Positions 38,200-50,230 of a DNA stretch of 64,000 bases are shown here, piece after piece; the stretch's first letter is position 1, and every line of letters starts with the position of its first letter. Origin of the DNA: Takakia lepidozioides (lineage: Eukaryota; Plantae; Bryophyta); contig CM060731.1 in assembly GCA_030704615.1 (NCBI GenBank), forward strand, positions 46,128,001 to 46,192,000, in the 5' to 3' direction. The notes under the pieces were generated by a model. It searched no databases. It saw only the letters and a program-made list of their open reading frames with translations, and was not told the DNA's origin. The position numbers and the translations under genes are program-made.

Positions 38200-39153
38200 T
38201 TGGACTCTGCTAAAAATCTATGGAATTTTTTGATTGTGATTGTGCTATTAAAGATCCACAATTCTGTTTCTAGAACCTGTTGTGGTCTACATGAGAGAGA
38301 AATTTGGGGATGTCCTCCTTGTATGGCTGGGAGAAATGAGGACGTAATTGAAGGGCAGGTCTCTTCTCTTAGCCTGTGCACACAAGGGGACAGGATTTAT
38401 GTTTCTCAAGGAACTCAGATTGATTTGATTTGGGAGCAGTTGGACGAGTTGATTGCATACTAGGAGTCGGGCATTAGCAATAGACAACAAACTGTTGTAG
38501 TTGGCGTTGCGGGCCTCAATATTGCTTTGGACAGTCAGAACTCTGTTGGAGCGAGCAGTTCAGCAGCTGTAGGTGAAATACCAAAGTGGGTGGAAGCTAG
38601 GCTTGGAACGCAGCCAAAGACAGCCCCGGGGACCAAGGTGTGCAGCCACAAGGCCGTGGTGTACTGGAGCAAAGGAGTAGGAGCTACACAAGTTTTTGCA
38701 ATCAGACATGGTTGCAGCCGGATACGCTCTGCATAAGGCAACCACGAGCGGGGGTTCATTAGCAATGACAAGTTTGTTCTCCTTGAAGGAGATGCAGTCA
38801 TTCGCAATGAGGACACTCGTAACCGTCTCAAAGCTTTCAAGTTGAGAGACTGTCAGACCCTACCTTTATTTTCTTTATTATTCAGTGAGCGGGAGATAGG
38901 GAAGTATTGCTTTGTCTCTACCTGGCAGAAAGAAGAGGAGGGTTGGTTAGAGCGAGCTACTGTAGCTTGGGACAAGGTTAGTGGCAGGTTTCTGGACATA
39001 GATATACCTCCTACCTACACCTTACCATCATGCAGAGCGAGGCACTTTGAGAGAAGTCTGGCAGTTGATAGCATAGATCAGGATTTCTTGCTTGGTCGGG
39101 CCTCTATTCTTCCCCTCCCTTTTTTTACTATTTTCATTACTTTGTACTTGTAG
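38200..39153 (+). pseudogene. Additional ORF of unknown function upstream of gag
   Basis: ORFs 38200-38463, 38527-38736 and 38842-39153 are in one frame, separated only by single TAG/TAA stops. Confidence 0.5.
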
Positions 39154-39802
39154 TTTCCAAAGCCTCTCTTGGTGGAGGCCAGTCAGTCCGGGGTTTTGGG
39201 TTGGGATATTCTGCAGGATCAGCACTGCAGATGGATTTTGGTGTGGGGGTGTTGATGTTTTGATTTCTTGTGTTTGGATCCCCCCAACACCTACATGCTT
39301 GACTGTGCGCCATGTTGGTTTTGTGTGGGCGCTTGTTTTCATAGGGATTAGGCCGGATTTGATCACCGATCAATCCTAGAGTATGCTGTCGGTGGTGAGG
39401 CTGGTGATGACCAACAAGACCACCACCAGTGTTTTCTCTATGGTGAGACTGGGTTGATGACCAGCCAACCATAGGAGTCTTCTTGCGGTGGATGCAGGTG
39501 CAGGTGCCCTGAGCCACTGGGATATGACCCTTAAATTGCAACAGGTGCCCACCCTTGTCACTATTAGAATTAGTACTAGAGCCTTATAGTGTCACGTAGG
39601 GGAGGTGCACGTTGTGAGTGTCATCACGGAGTTACCCAAGGGTTTTTGAGGAGTACGGCTACAGGCAGTAGCAGTGAGAGTGGGTTCACAAGATGAGGTA
39701 TTCAGTTCAGACCACCTTCACCTCCATCCTCAACTACTGTAGAGTCTGACACAGACCCGGAGGCTTCATCAACAGTGTGGCAATTTTCTCTTCGCCATTA
39801 TT

Positions 39803-42350
39803 GTGGGACGACATGGAGGAGATGTAGGAGCTACTAAGGGGCCTCGTAGGTACTCTGGAGCTGTGGGCACAATCGAGCTGGATGACTTTATCCAGGAGTT
39901 CGACAGCTGGTGTGATTTGCAGCAGATGCGCAATCCACAGCTGTTCACTCCATTCATGGCGTGGAAGGGATTGTTCCAGCATTTGGAAGGCCCGCCTATG
40001 GACGATTACCATGAGTTCAGGCGAGGACATGAAGCAGAGATTGAGGAGTGGAGGATGTATTGGTCACCTAACTACGTCTCCATTACTCGAGGAACCACGC
40101 GACCAGTAGCGGCATCAACACTAATACCTCCCATGGCCAGCACTAGTAGTGGAACAAGTAGTGTCGGTACTTCTGCAGAAGGTGCTACTACTCCTCTTGC
40201 CACAACTACCACACATATGCCTAGATTCAGCCCGGTGGTGGAGTTCTTCCAGGAGTTGCGGAGGAACTACCAAGGTCTACGGACAGAGAAGCTGCGAAGT
40301 TTGTAAGACTTCCAGCGCAAATCCAGTGAGAGCCTGCGAGAGGCCTACACTCGTATGAGGCGCTTGATAAGTGTGACCCAAGGGGTTACTGAAGCTCAGG
40401 CAATCCAGTTCTGGTATGGAATTTTGGACAAGGAGCTCAGGAGAAGGGTGCGGGATGCAACCCTGTTACAAGCAGCCCAACCCATATTAGCAGATGTGTT
40501 TCTGCTGGCTGAGCGGATTGAGCTCAACATGGTGGAGGAGCGAGTTGTTACCATTGGATTTGGCAAGGACATGCCTCCACGAGGCGCTGCTGCCAGCCAA
40601 CAGGCACAAGGGACTGCCCAACAGTGTGGTCAGGGGGGCAAGGTTCCCCAACCCAAATTTCATAGAGCTTATAGGGGACCTCAGGTGCAGAGGCCAGTAC
40701 CATCTTTTGCAAGCCAACAACAACCAGGGGTGATATGTTGGACATGTGGAGAACCCCATGTCAAGAAAGATTGCCCAGAGAGTGGAAAAAGACCGGCACA
40801 AGCACAGCCTGCACAGTTGCAGTGTGGGCATTGTGGCAAGTATGGGCATGGAGATGCCCAGTGTTATGACTTGCACCCTGAGTTGCGGCAAGGCCAGTTC
40901 CAAGGGAACAATGGTGGCCGAGGGCGAGCTGGAGCAGGGCTGGAGCACCTCAGAGAGGATGAGGTGGTCAGGCACGAGGTGTAGGACAAGGGCAAGCACA
41001 GTATGGCCAGGGACGTGGAGGTCAGGGCGTTGACCAAGGCATGGCCAACCGGCTTTAGCAACTAGAGCAAAGGCTTGCTGCCATGGCCACAGCTCAGGTG
41101 GTACCAGCTCCAAGACCTGAAGGTCCACCTCATATTCCTCCTCAGCAGCGTCATCCTGATGGAGGAGACATGGGAGGCATGGAATTTATGTGTGGGTCAG
41201 CACTACCACTAGTGCAGGTGGAGTCTGTTGCAGCCGTCACTCGAGGAGCAGCACGAGTTCCTGAGCCACGAGGTGCAGAGGTGGAGTTAGATCCACAGCG
41301 TGGGGAGGCAAGCCGTCAGGCTAGGTTGCCTCAATCATTCATCTTGGGGGAGACAGTGTCGACGACATCCATGGCACCTAGTTCTCGTCCGACAGATACA
41401 GAGGCCGTTATTGTGCCATTGGGGAGAGCTACACATGCAGCACTAATACCTACTGCCAAGGCTAGTGCAGCCAGTGTGTTGTTGGGGGCAGCCACCTCTG
41501 TGTGTCAAGCCCCACTGTTCTCGGCAACCATGATTGCGACGCCGGGGGTAAGACCAGCTGCAGCGTTCAGACTAGCAACAACACTCTGCGAGAGTGGGGA
41601 GGTCACTTCATCTTCTGCGGAGTTAGTGGAGGGTGTAGTGGCAGAGGGATCCTCAGATTTGAGGGTCAAGACTGCCACGGCTGTGCCATGGCAAGCTGCA
41701 GCTGCCAGGTTGACGGAGCTGCCAGCTAGGCCAGCCTTTGAGCGTGCCATGATGACACCTGGAGTTGTCTTGTTAGACAACCAGGATGGCATTTTCTCTT
41801 TGAGTGGACTGGCAGGCAAGAGGTACCGGCCACTGCGGGTCTTGTTGGACTCGGGAGCTTAGCCACTGATGTTGGGCAGAGCTGCTATTGCAGGTTTGGG
41901 CCTCATGGAGGCGGACATGGAGCCTTGTCCTTTCCAGATACAGACATCTCTGGGAGGATCAGAGCAGGCTCGGGGCATGACACGGCGTGAGTTGGCCATT
42001 AGACTACAGCCGGATCATCCTATAGATGGCTCAGTGATGCAAGCCAAGGCCATTGTGACAGATGCGGTCTCTTACGATGTCCTTGTTGGTGGGGCAGTGT
42101 TATATCTCATGGGCTTCACCCTGGATTTTTGGGAGGAGTCAGCATCCTACAGGCCTGGATGGCAGTCAGAGGATGGTCGTCGTGTACAGCTCCCTATGAC
42201 ATTCATTGGGGGTGTTGCTGCTGCCCAGCAGGGCAAGATGCTAACACTAGCAGCCTTCACAGCTGCAGTTAGTTGGCCTGGAGAGTTGCTGGAGGGCAAT
42301 GCCCATGCAGAGGATGTGCCACCTCCAGCAGAGCAGGATGACATGCATGG
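39803..42350 (+). pseudogene. gag (two zinc knuckles) and aspartic protease of the split-repeat element
   Basis: TIELDDFIQEFDSWC, SLREAYTRMRRL, CWTCGEPHVKKDC, CGHCGKYGHGDAQC, VLLDSGA*PLMLG, YDVLVG. Confidence 0.85.
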
Positions 42351-42734
42351 TACGACGGCTACTAGGCCTTCGCGTTGCTCCACACTACTAGCGACGACTT
42401 CTGAGAAGGACGTCCAGACGGATGGGCCATACTCAAGGATCATGAGAGAGAGTACGGATCATGCATCCTGCCAAAAATGTCGGTCACGCAGTTCCGATTG
42501 GTGTGGTTGGGGGGGGAGTTGGAGGGGTTTTCCATGCCAGGTAGTCTTGGTACAACAAGTAGATTTGGACTATGATAAATCAGTATTTTTTTATTATCCG
42601 TTGTTAGCATGCATTGGGACAAAATATAGACTTTTTGAAGAGGAGAAGGAGGATGGTCTTTATAAAATATGGTGGCCCTTACATGGAATGTTTAGATATG
42701 TCTAATTGAAGCTCTACCAAGCTATGCTTTTGCT

Positions 42735-43459
42735 CTAGTTGTCATCATTGGACTCTGTCTCCTCTCGTGCTTTGGCCAACACTTTGACCCCTTTTAGTTG
42801 GAATGAAAGGCCGTGTTTCTTGTAACGGAAATTCATCCAATATCGGATGTTACACTTGACTGCAACGAGATCCCCTGAACGTACGGATTCTCCATCCATT
42901 TTTTGGCTATTTTCGTTAAGGACTTCTATTGTATTGTACATCTCGTCGTTGTTTGTTTTTTGACGTTTGTTGTTACTGGACGTCGAGCCAGAGTTGTTTA
43001 CGTTAGTTTTTAGGAGCTTTTTCGTGAAGCTCATGTTGTTTCCACCCATCCATGTCATGTCCTCGCCTCTCCTCCTTCAATTATCGAACCATTATGTATT
43101 GTATTTGCGTAGTCGAACAAGAAATGGCTGTCTTCTATCAATATTGTGAATTTTGCGTCTTTTAGTTCTCTGGCGAAAGTCACGAATCTGTAATTCCCGG
43201 TTTTGCCAAGGTAGGGGAATTTTGCAATACCTACGAAGATTGCTATTTCTTCACGGTCCAAAGGGACGTTCCACAAGGCGTTGTGGAAGTTTGTACTGTA
43301 GGGCAGACGCTTCCATGTGTTCCCCACCTTTAGGGCATGATGGTCATTGGACGTGAAACTGTCGTATATCACGTTTGTCATGTCTTGGTGGGTTATTTCC
43401 TAGATTTGTTGGTCCGTTATAGTATCTATTGTGTCGGCTATTTCCGTCGACATTGACAT
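42735..43459 (-). pseudogene. Putative OB-fold ssDNA-binding protein (T7 gp2.5/Enc34-like); one stop and one frameshift
   Basis: GIAKFPYLGKTGNY..AKFTILI and VRSGDLVAVKCNIRYW..HGLSFQLKGVKVL with acidic tail EETESNDDN. ATG at 43459 is in frame with 43381 through one TAG. TATA-like and CT-rich leader upstream. Confidence 0.5.
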
Positions 43460-43759
43460 GGTTGTTTGTATGTATGGTGCACAGAGAGAGAGAAAGAGAT
43501 AGAGAGGCATGGGCAGATGAAAGTATATATCGGTGGGTTTTTTAGGAGAATTATACCTAAGAGTGCGATTTTAAGAGTGCGAACCTCACATCAGAACGTA
43601 TAGGCTTACAAATACATACAGATCCATCTGCACTTTTTCAGTGCTCAAAGACTGGCACAGGCATCAGAATACACATGAGGTTCACCTACCAAGCATCACC
43701 CATTCACAATCTCCAAAGCCTCCCTACCACACCCAATATATAAACAGAGTACACATAAG

Positions 43760-45370
43760 TTCATTTCTTTGCATCCTCAATGCACCCACATTGGGCATAC
43801 ATGTCCACCAGGGCAGAGTTCATAATGACATCTGGTACTATTCTCTTTGACAATGTCACCATAGACCTCTTTTGACCTTTTCCAGGGCTGCCAGGCTTGC
43901 ACAAGCATTGCAATCACACAAAAACATGATGTGGTTGGGCTTCACCCATTCCCCCATAATTTGATCATAGGTCTCCAAATCCACCATCCCACGTCTCTGC
44001 TATGCATACCCTGCGATGCTTGTGAGTGTGCACTTGCTTTCCAACTTCCAGACCTTTCTTGGCGTGAATCCACATCAGAGTTTGTTGGCACTAGGAAAGG
44101 GTTGAGACTGAGCTGCTCAACTACTCCCTGGTCTTACTGGGTTTACATAGTGTGCCAAGCACAACATCTGGTGCCAAAGCCTCCATCCAGTGCCCCTGCT
44201 GTGCATACCCTGCAAGCATCGAGTTCCACGACACCACATCTCGTTCAGCCATACTATTCCCTTCATACATGTCCACGAGGGTATTGTTCATAATGACATG
44301 TGGTGCAATTGCAGCTTTGACAATGTCGCCATGGACCTCTTTGCCATTCTCCAGAGCTGCCAGGCTTGCACACGCATTGCAAACTATCAAAGGTTCACTC
44401 AAACAGTAACTTGCAGAAATCAACATGAAAATTTAAGGACGATTTCGATAAGAGGGGAAAACATGATGAAATGTTTTGAAGGCACTTCATCTGCCTAGAC
44501 AATCTTCTCAGCTTAGCATGGATTTCCTTAATTTTGGGATGCAACCTGTCATCTACAGCGAAGGTGTGCATCCTGTTGCAAATCTCAATGGAGCAGCGAC
44601 CTGGCTCTTTTCTAACCCCTCTGACCTTCATCATTCTTCTCACCAACTTGTGCTTTTGCGATGCAACCATGCACCCCTTCGCTCATTTCCAGGGCTGCCA
44701 AGCTTGCAAACACACAGATGTGATGTGGTCGGGCTTCATCCCTTCCCCTATCATTTGCTCATAGGTCTCCAAAGCCTCCATCCAACGCCCCTGCTGTGCA
44801 TCGCGTTCCACGACACCACATTTCATTCAGCGATATAGTTGAACACTGCCTTCGCATCCTCGATGCTCCCACATTTGGCATACATGTCCACGAGGGCATT
44901 GTTCAGAATAACATCGGGTACAATTCCAGCTTTGACGATGTCACCATGGACCTCTTTCCCCTTTTCCAGGGCTCCCAAGCTTACACACACATTGCAAACA
45001 CAAACTAAGGTGATGTGGTTGGGCTTCACCCCTTCGCAGAGTACACAGAAGTTCCTTGCTTTGCATCCTCAATGCACCCACATTTGGCATACATGTCGAC
45101 CAGGGCAGAGTTCAGAATGACATCTGGTACAATCACAGCTTTGACAATGTCACCATGGACCTCTTTACCCTTTTTCAGGGCTGTCAGGCTTGCACAAGCA
45201 TTGGAATCACAAACAAACGTGATGTGGATGGGCTTCACCCCTTCCCCCATCAATTGATCATAGGTTTCCAAAGCCACCAACCCACGTCCCTGCTGTGCAT
45301 ACCCTGCAATCATAGCGTGCCACGACACCACATCTTGTTCAGCCATAGTGTTGAAAACTCCCTTTGCATC
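43760..45370 (-). pseudogene. Scrambled PLS-PPR array, right part (inverted continuation of 28517-29947), with E2/PG-box fragment
   Basis: DAKGVFNTMAEQDVVSW, repeated triplet pieces, and RGVRKEPGRCSIEI..DRLHPKIKEIHAKL at ~44480-44670. Confidence 0.9.
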
Positions 45371-45897
45371 TGTCGTGCGCATACGTATTGCTACACAACT
45401 ACATCGTTGTCCAAACTACACCACACATATATGGACAATAAAGTAGTCTGCCACAATAGATTGAAAACTAAAATCACACTGTTGACACAGAAACAGTCAA
45501 TACAACACAATCACTCATTAAAACTACGAGTCGAGCCAGGGGCACCCCAAGCTATGGGGACTCCACCCCACAACATCCTATTCTCCCTTCATAAGCACAC
45601 TTAGATTCTAAGCAGTGAAAGAGCTCGGTCGTGCAGGCTCAACTCGAGAGATATGAGCCGCACGACTGACGCTCTTGTGAAGATAAGATGGTTCAGGTGT
45701 CAAGCTAAACTTGACACCTGACTTAACACTTGAACTAAATCCAAGTGTTAAATACAAATAACTAGCTTTATTCTAGTTAGTTTCACACTGTGTTTATTTA
45801 ACTTGACAGCTGTCGTGCGTATACGTATCGCTACACAACTACATCGCTGTCCAAACTACACCACACATATAAGGACTATAAAGTAGTCTGCCACAAT
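45371..45897 (-). repeat. 3' terminal block B1-gc-A2-B2 of the split-repeat element
   Basis: B1 45811-45897 and B2 45371-45457 (87 bp, ~5 differences). A2 45459-45808. Spacer gc at 45809-45810. PPT-like G-run immediately upstream of B1 on the minus strand. Confidence 0.9.
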
Positions 45898-47176
45898 CGC
45901 CCCCCTAGCTGGTGGATAGGTCCCTCTAACTCCAGATAGCTACAAGATGTAATAGCCACAGTCGTACTAAGTCCTCTATCACTGTCCCTATTGTACTCAA
46001 ACTCTATAGACCAAGAGGCCGGGTACATGAGTAGCCCCATCGTTAGTCGCCGTCTTGCAATCTGTGAACTTGAGCTAGGATCTCGTGTGTTCAAGGTCTC
46101 CTAGTAGCTTGGGCTTGCATTTCTTGTTAGCCTTCCATGGTTGTATCCACTCCCACTATCCAATGCAATGCGGATATAACCAATCCCCATCAGGAACCAT
46201 CTCAAGAGGTGGAGTCAAACATCCCATATGCCAACCTCTAGAGCATTGATCACACACCAGCATGGTGGCTGCCCCTCTAGCAGACCCACACAACATGCAC
46301 CTCAAACTTGTAGGTACAACTGCCAGGTTTGGGTCAATCCTGCCATCGACATTCGGAAGGTGATATGACGCACAATTACGCACATGGTCCTTCCAAGTTA
46401 TGCCATCCCGACCCTCCAAGATCAAGACGCCTGAGGGCAATACCTCTCGAACCCTCAAAATAACACGTCCTGCAGTCACATCCAAGGTCGTAGGAGCAGT
46501 CTGCTGCAGATAAACCCTGGGGGGTGCACTCTTTATAAAATGTCCGTATAAACCCCCTATATACGGGTCCTTGGATCATTTATACCCCCTCTGTACATAC
46601 ATTTTGAAGATTATAAAACCCCCTCCTGTAAATATATAGAAATTTGTAATTTTTAAAAAGTACCCCTTATGTATGTATATTTCCCTTTTCAATAATTAAA
46701 AAATACCCTCAAATATGTATATGTATGTTTTTATATTATATCAAGTTTATTTATTTAAAATCGAATAAAATCTAATAAATTAATTTAAAAAATTGTTTGC
46801 CCTCAATAAAACTTGTTGTGGAATCTCACTTTGAACAATATTCAGATGCAGAGAGGAAAGGGACATTGTCAATGCCCGATGTGCAAGAGGCCTGAAGAAA
46901 GTTTCCATTTTCTGATATACAATCCTGGGTATTTTCATCAAAGAGTGATCCTCTTGAAGACCATCAAGACCTAGTCACTGCACCTCTGTTCATCAACTAG
47001 GACAGTTTCTAAACTTGTTCTACAGTTTCAACCTTTGCAAGGTCCAATTATGTTCAAAACCTACTGTTGAGAATTCCTCTCCAAAAGAGATTTCGTGCAC
47101 CTTTGCTGCCACTGTTGGAGTCCAACCTGAAGCTGATAGAGTTCAATACATTCAATTAGGTGACAAGCATTTCATT

Positions 47177-48660
47177 TCACCAATACTCCCCACAAGAACA
47201 AACACCATTTTGGAAGTGGTGACAGCGGTTTGCATCCCGTACAACAATCTCTTGCTTAGTTATCTTTGAGATGAATTTGGTGGCTGTGTGGCAATCACCA
47301 CACATCTGAAGATTCCTGGTGATCCTCAAAGACATCCCAGAGGGTGTGTTGATAAGCCCAAAAACAATGGCCAACTTCTCATTGTGGTGGCAAAGAGACG
47401 ATTCTTTAAGCTCTTCCTCAACATCATGCAATGCAAAGCCCGGGCTTCACTCCTTTGCACATCATTTGCTCATAGGTCTCCAAAGCCTCTATCTCGCGCC
47501 CTTGCTGTGCATATCCTGCAATCATCACACTCCACGACAGCACATCTCGTTCAGCCATACCGTTGAACACTCCCTTCATACATGTCCACGAGGGTATTGT
47601 TTAGAATGACATTTGATACAATTGCAAATCTGACAATGTCGCCATGGACCTCTTTGCCTTTTTCCAGAGCTGACAGGCTTGCACACGCATTGCAAATGTA
47701 CACAAATGTGATGTGGTCGGGCTTCACCCCTTCCCCCATCATTTGATCATAGGTCTCCAAAGCCTCCATATCACGTGCCTGCTGTGCATACCCTGCAAGC
47801 ATCGCACTCCACGACACCACATCTCGTTCAGCCATGGAAACTCCCTTCGCATCCTTAATGCCCACATTTGGCATATATGTCCACCAGGGGAGTGTTCAGA
47901 ATGACATCTGGTACAATTGCAGCTTTGACAATGTCACCATGGACCTCTTTCCCCTTTTCCAGAGCTCGCAGGCTTGGACACGCATTGCATCCTGCCAACA
48001 TTATATTCCACGTGATCAAAGATCGTTGAGGCATTCTGTTGAACACTTGGTGAGCATCAATGATGCTCCCGCACATAACATACAGGTTGACAAGGGTGTT
48101 GAGTAGAAAAACATTTGGCGTGAATCCACTTTGGATAATGTGAGTGTGCACCTGCTTTCCAGCTTCGAGACCTTCCATCTTGATGCACTTAAGCAAGAGA
48201 CAGACATACATATCTGAATCTGCTGAACTGCCTCCTTGGTTTAGAGTCTGTAGAGTTTCTGTCAGGCTGTCGCACAAAGTATCTTCACATGCCCAGAAGT
48301 GCCAGAAGAGGTATTGTGGACTCCCTCTCTTGATCCTCTTTCAGAAGTTGTGGTCATGGTTGAGGTGCCTGATTTTATCAACTGTGCCGCTGCAGCTGCT
48401 GCCTTTAGTTGACCATCTACCCATGCAGGTTTCTTGTAGCTACTGACCCCCACATGGAATCAAGGTAATCTGGAGCTTGAAGTCCAGCCACTCCCTCCGC
48501 ATCCTCAATGCTCCCACAATGGCATACATGTCCACAAGGGTATTGTTCATAATCACATCCGGTACAATTCCAGCTTTGGTGATGCAACCATGCACCTCTT
48601 TGCCCTTTTCCATGGCTGCAGGCTTGCACACGCACTGCAAACGCACACAAATGAATTCAA
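47177..48660 (-). pseudogene. PPR N-terminus, PLS pieces and DYW C-terminal part inside the TIR element
   Basis: MTTTSERGSREG N-terminus (as at 28517). LHDVEEE..HHNEKLAIVFG..CGDCHTATK..CSCGEYW at 47177-47431. Confidence 0.9.
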
Positions 48661-49076
48661 AGGTCAGATGGTGGGGTCAGCTACAACATATGTCCAACAC
48701 CAGATATCCTAAGTTAATCGACTCTATATCTTAAAACTACATGCTCTAGCTTAGGCTTGGATTTCATGGCTAATGGTTCCATCTCAAGACTTGATAACAG
48801 GGGTACGTTGAAGGTTGCAATGACCAAAAGTGCTTCTAATTGAGTCCCACATCAATTCAATCTCAAAGAAGTTCGTCCCTTGACTGGCTGGAGAGCGGTC
48901 TTAGACATTGGTGATTCAATGGGGCGCTCTAGGAAAACAACCAAGGGCAAGGACTTCAATTTGAGAGTTTCTAATCGGTTTGATGCTATGAATCCATGGG
49001 GTAACTGTCCCCCCTTTGCAGAACGGTTGGCCGTCTAGGAGCAATCACAAGCTACCTAGAACGACAAACAATTCAC

Positions 49077-50230
49077 ATGCAAAGGGCTGGCTTGCGGCTG
49101 GCCACTTTCAACTTCTCAGGGTTGACCAACCAAAGGAAACAACTCGAAGTGGGACAAGTTCTTCGGACTAATGATACTCATATCTGTGTTGGGCAAGAAA
49201 CATGGGAAACGGCGGATAAACTGGTTGGAGATGTCAATGGTTATAAATGGGCAGGTAAGATGTGTACTCTCAAGGCAGCCTCTGCCAAACGCAGTAAAAA
49301 AGGGGCTGGATTCTTTGTCCATGATTTCTTGTTTGACAATTGTGAAATTATCAACAAGGGTTTGAGGTACGAGCATAGTATCTGGCTAAAACTGAATCTG
49401 AAGGGCAGCTTGAGTACGAAGGACCTCTTTGTGGGTTGTGTTTACATGCCCATAGAGGGGACCCTTAGTGCTGACGCAGACAAAGCCTTCGAAGATGTAA
49501 AACTGGACTGTGCTTCGTTCCTTGCCAAAGGTCAGGTGGTGCTATTGGGTGACTTCAATGCCCGGGTGGGCAAAGGGCTCCATCAGGACGATATCACTAG
49601 GCCTTCTGGTGAGGACGAGCTGAATTCTAATGGCAGACGGTTAATTAACTGTCTGGAAGAGCTTCATCTTTTGACCTTGAATAACAGGACAAGAGGTGAC
49701 CAAGTGCATTGGACTCGTGAGAAATCCCAAACAGGGGAACGTTCCATTGTGGACTATATCATAATGGACAAAAATTTGTTCCCCCAGTGTGCCAATGTGT
49801 TGATCGACAGAACTGATATTGGTGCCTCTGACCACTTCCTGGTTTGGACTGAGATCAAAAGGTGTTTTCCCAACACCAGAGTGAAAGAGATTCTCAAGGA
49901 CCTGGACCTGGATCCGCAAGTCTTGACCCTGCTGGATAAATCCGACTTAGAGGCTGTAGTGTCCAAAGCCATGTCTGTTGCCATGAGATTGTCTGATGAA
50001 AATGAAGTTGGGCAGAAAACTTCCCTGAACTTGTTTCCAGTCAGTGACATGGGGGAGGACATCATGGATGACCTCAATGGTCCACCCACTCTCGGCACTA
50101 GACTGAAATTTAAACTCAGGGTAGGAAGCCTACCTTTGAACATCAAACAGAAGCAGAGAGGAAAGGGATAGTGCACTTCCCATTGTGTGGGCAATCTGAA
50201 GACAATATTCATTTTCTGATACACTGTCCC
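49077..50230 (+). pseudogene. LINE-derived APE endonuclease fused in frame to the LINE C-terminus, RT absent (RTE/RTEX-like)
   Basis: ATFNFSGL, GQETW, GCVYMP, LLGDFNARVG, NSNGRRL, SIVDYII, SDH, then RLKFKLRVGSLPL and a degenerate PLC..ED..HFLIHCP. Confidence 0.8.

Larger units (their letters stand above)
29948..42350 (+). mobile_element. 5' half of the split-repeat Gypsy-like element (A1, leader with extra ORF, gag, protease); hosts the nested chromovirus
   Basis: Starts TGTCAAG after gatg. A1 matches inverted 45459-45808. gag-PR at 39803-42350. Confidence 0.8.

Noticed and set aside
47177-47431. DYW fragment as a U-to-C (KP-type) or stand-alone editor
   Set aside because: Sequence is canonical C-to-U type with a decayed HNE motif, and lacks the PG box and N-terminal part.
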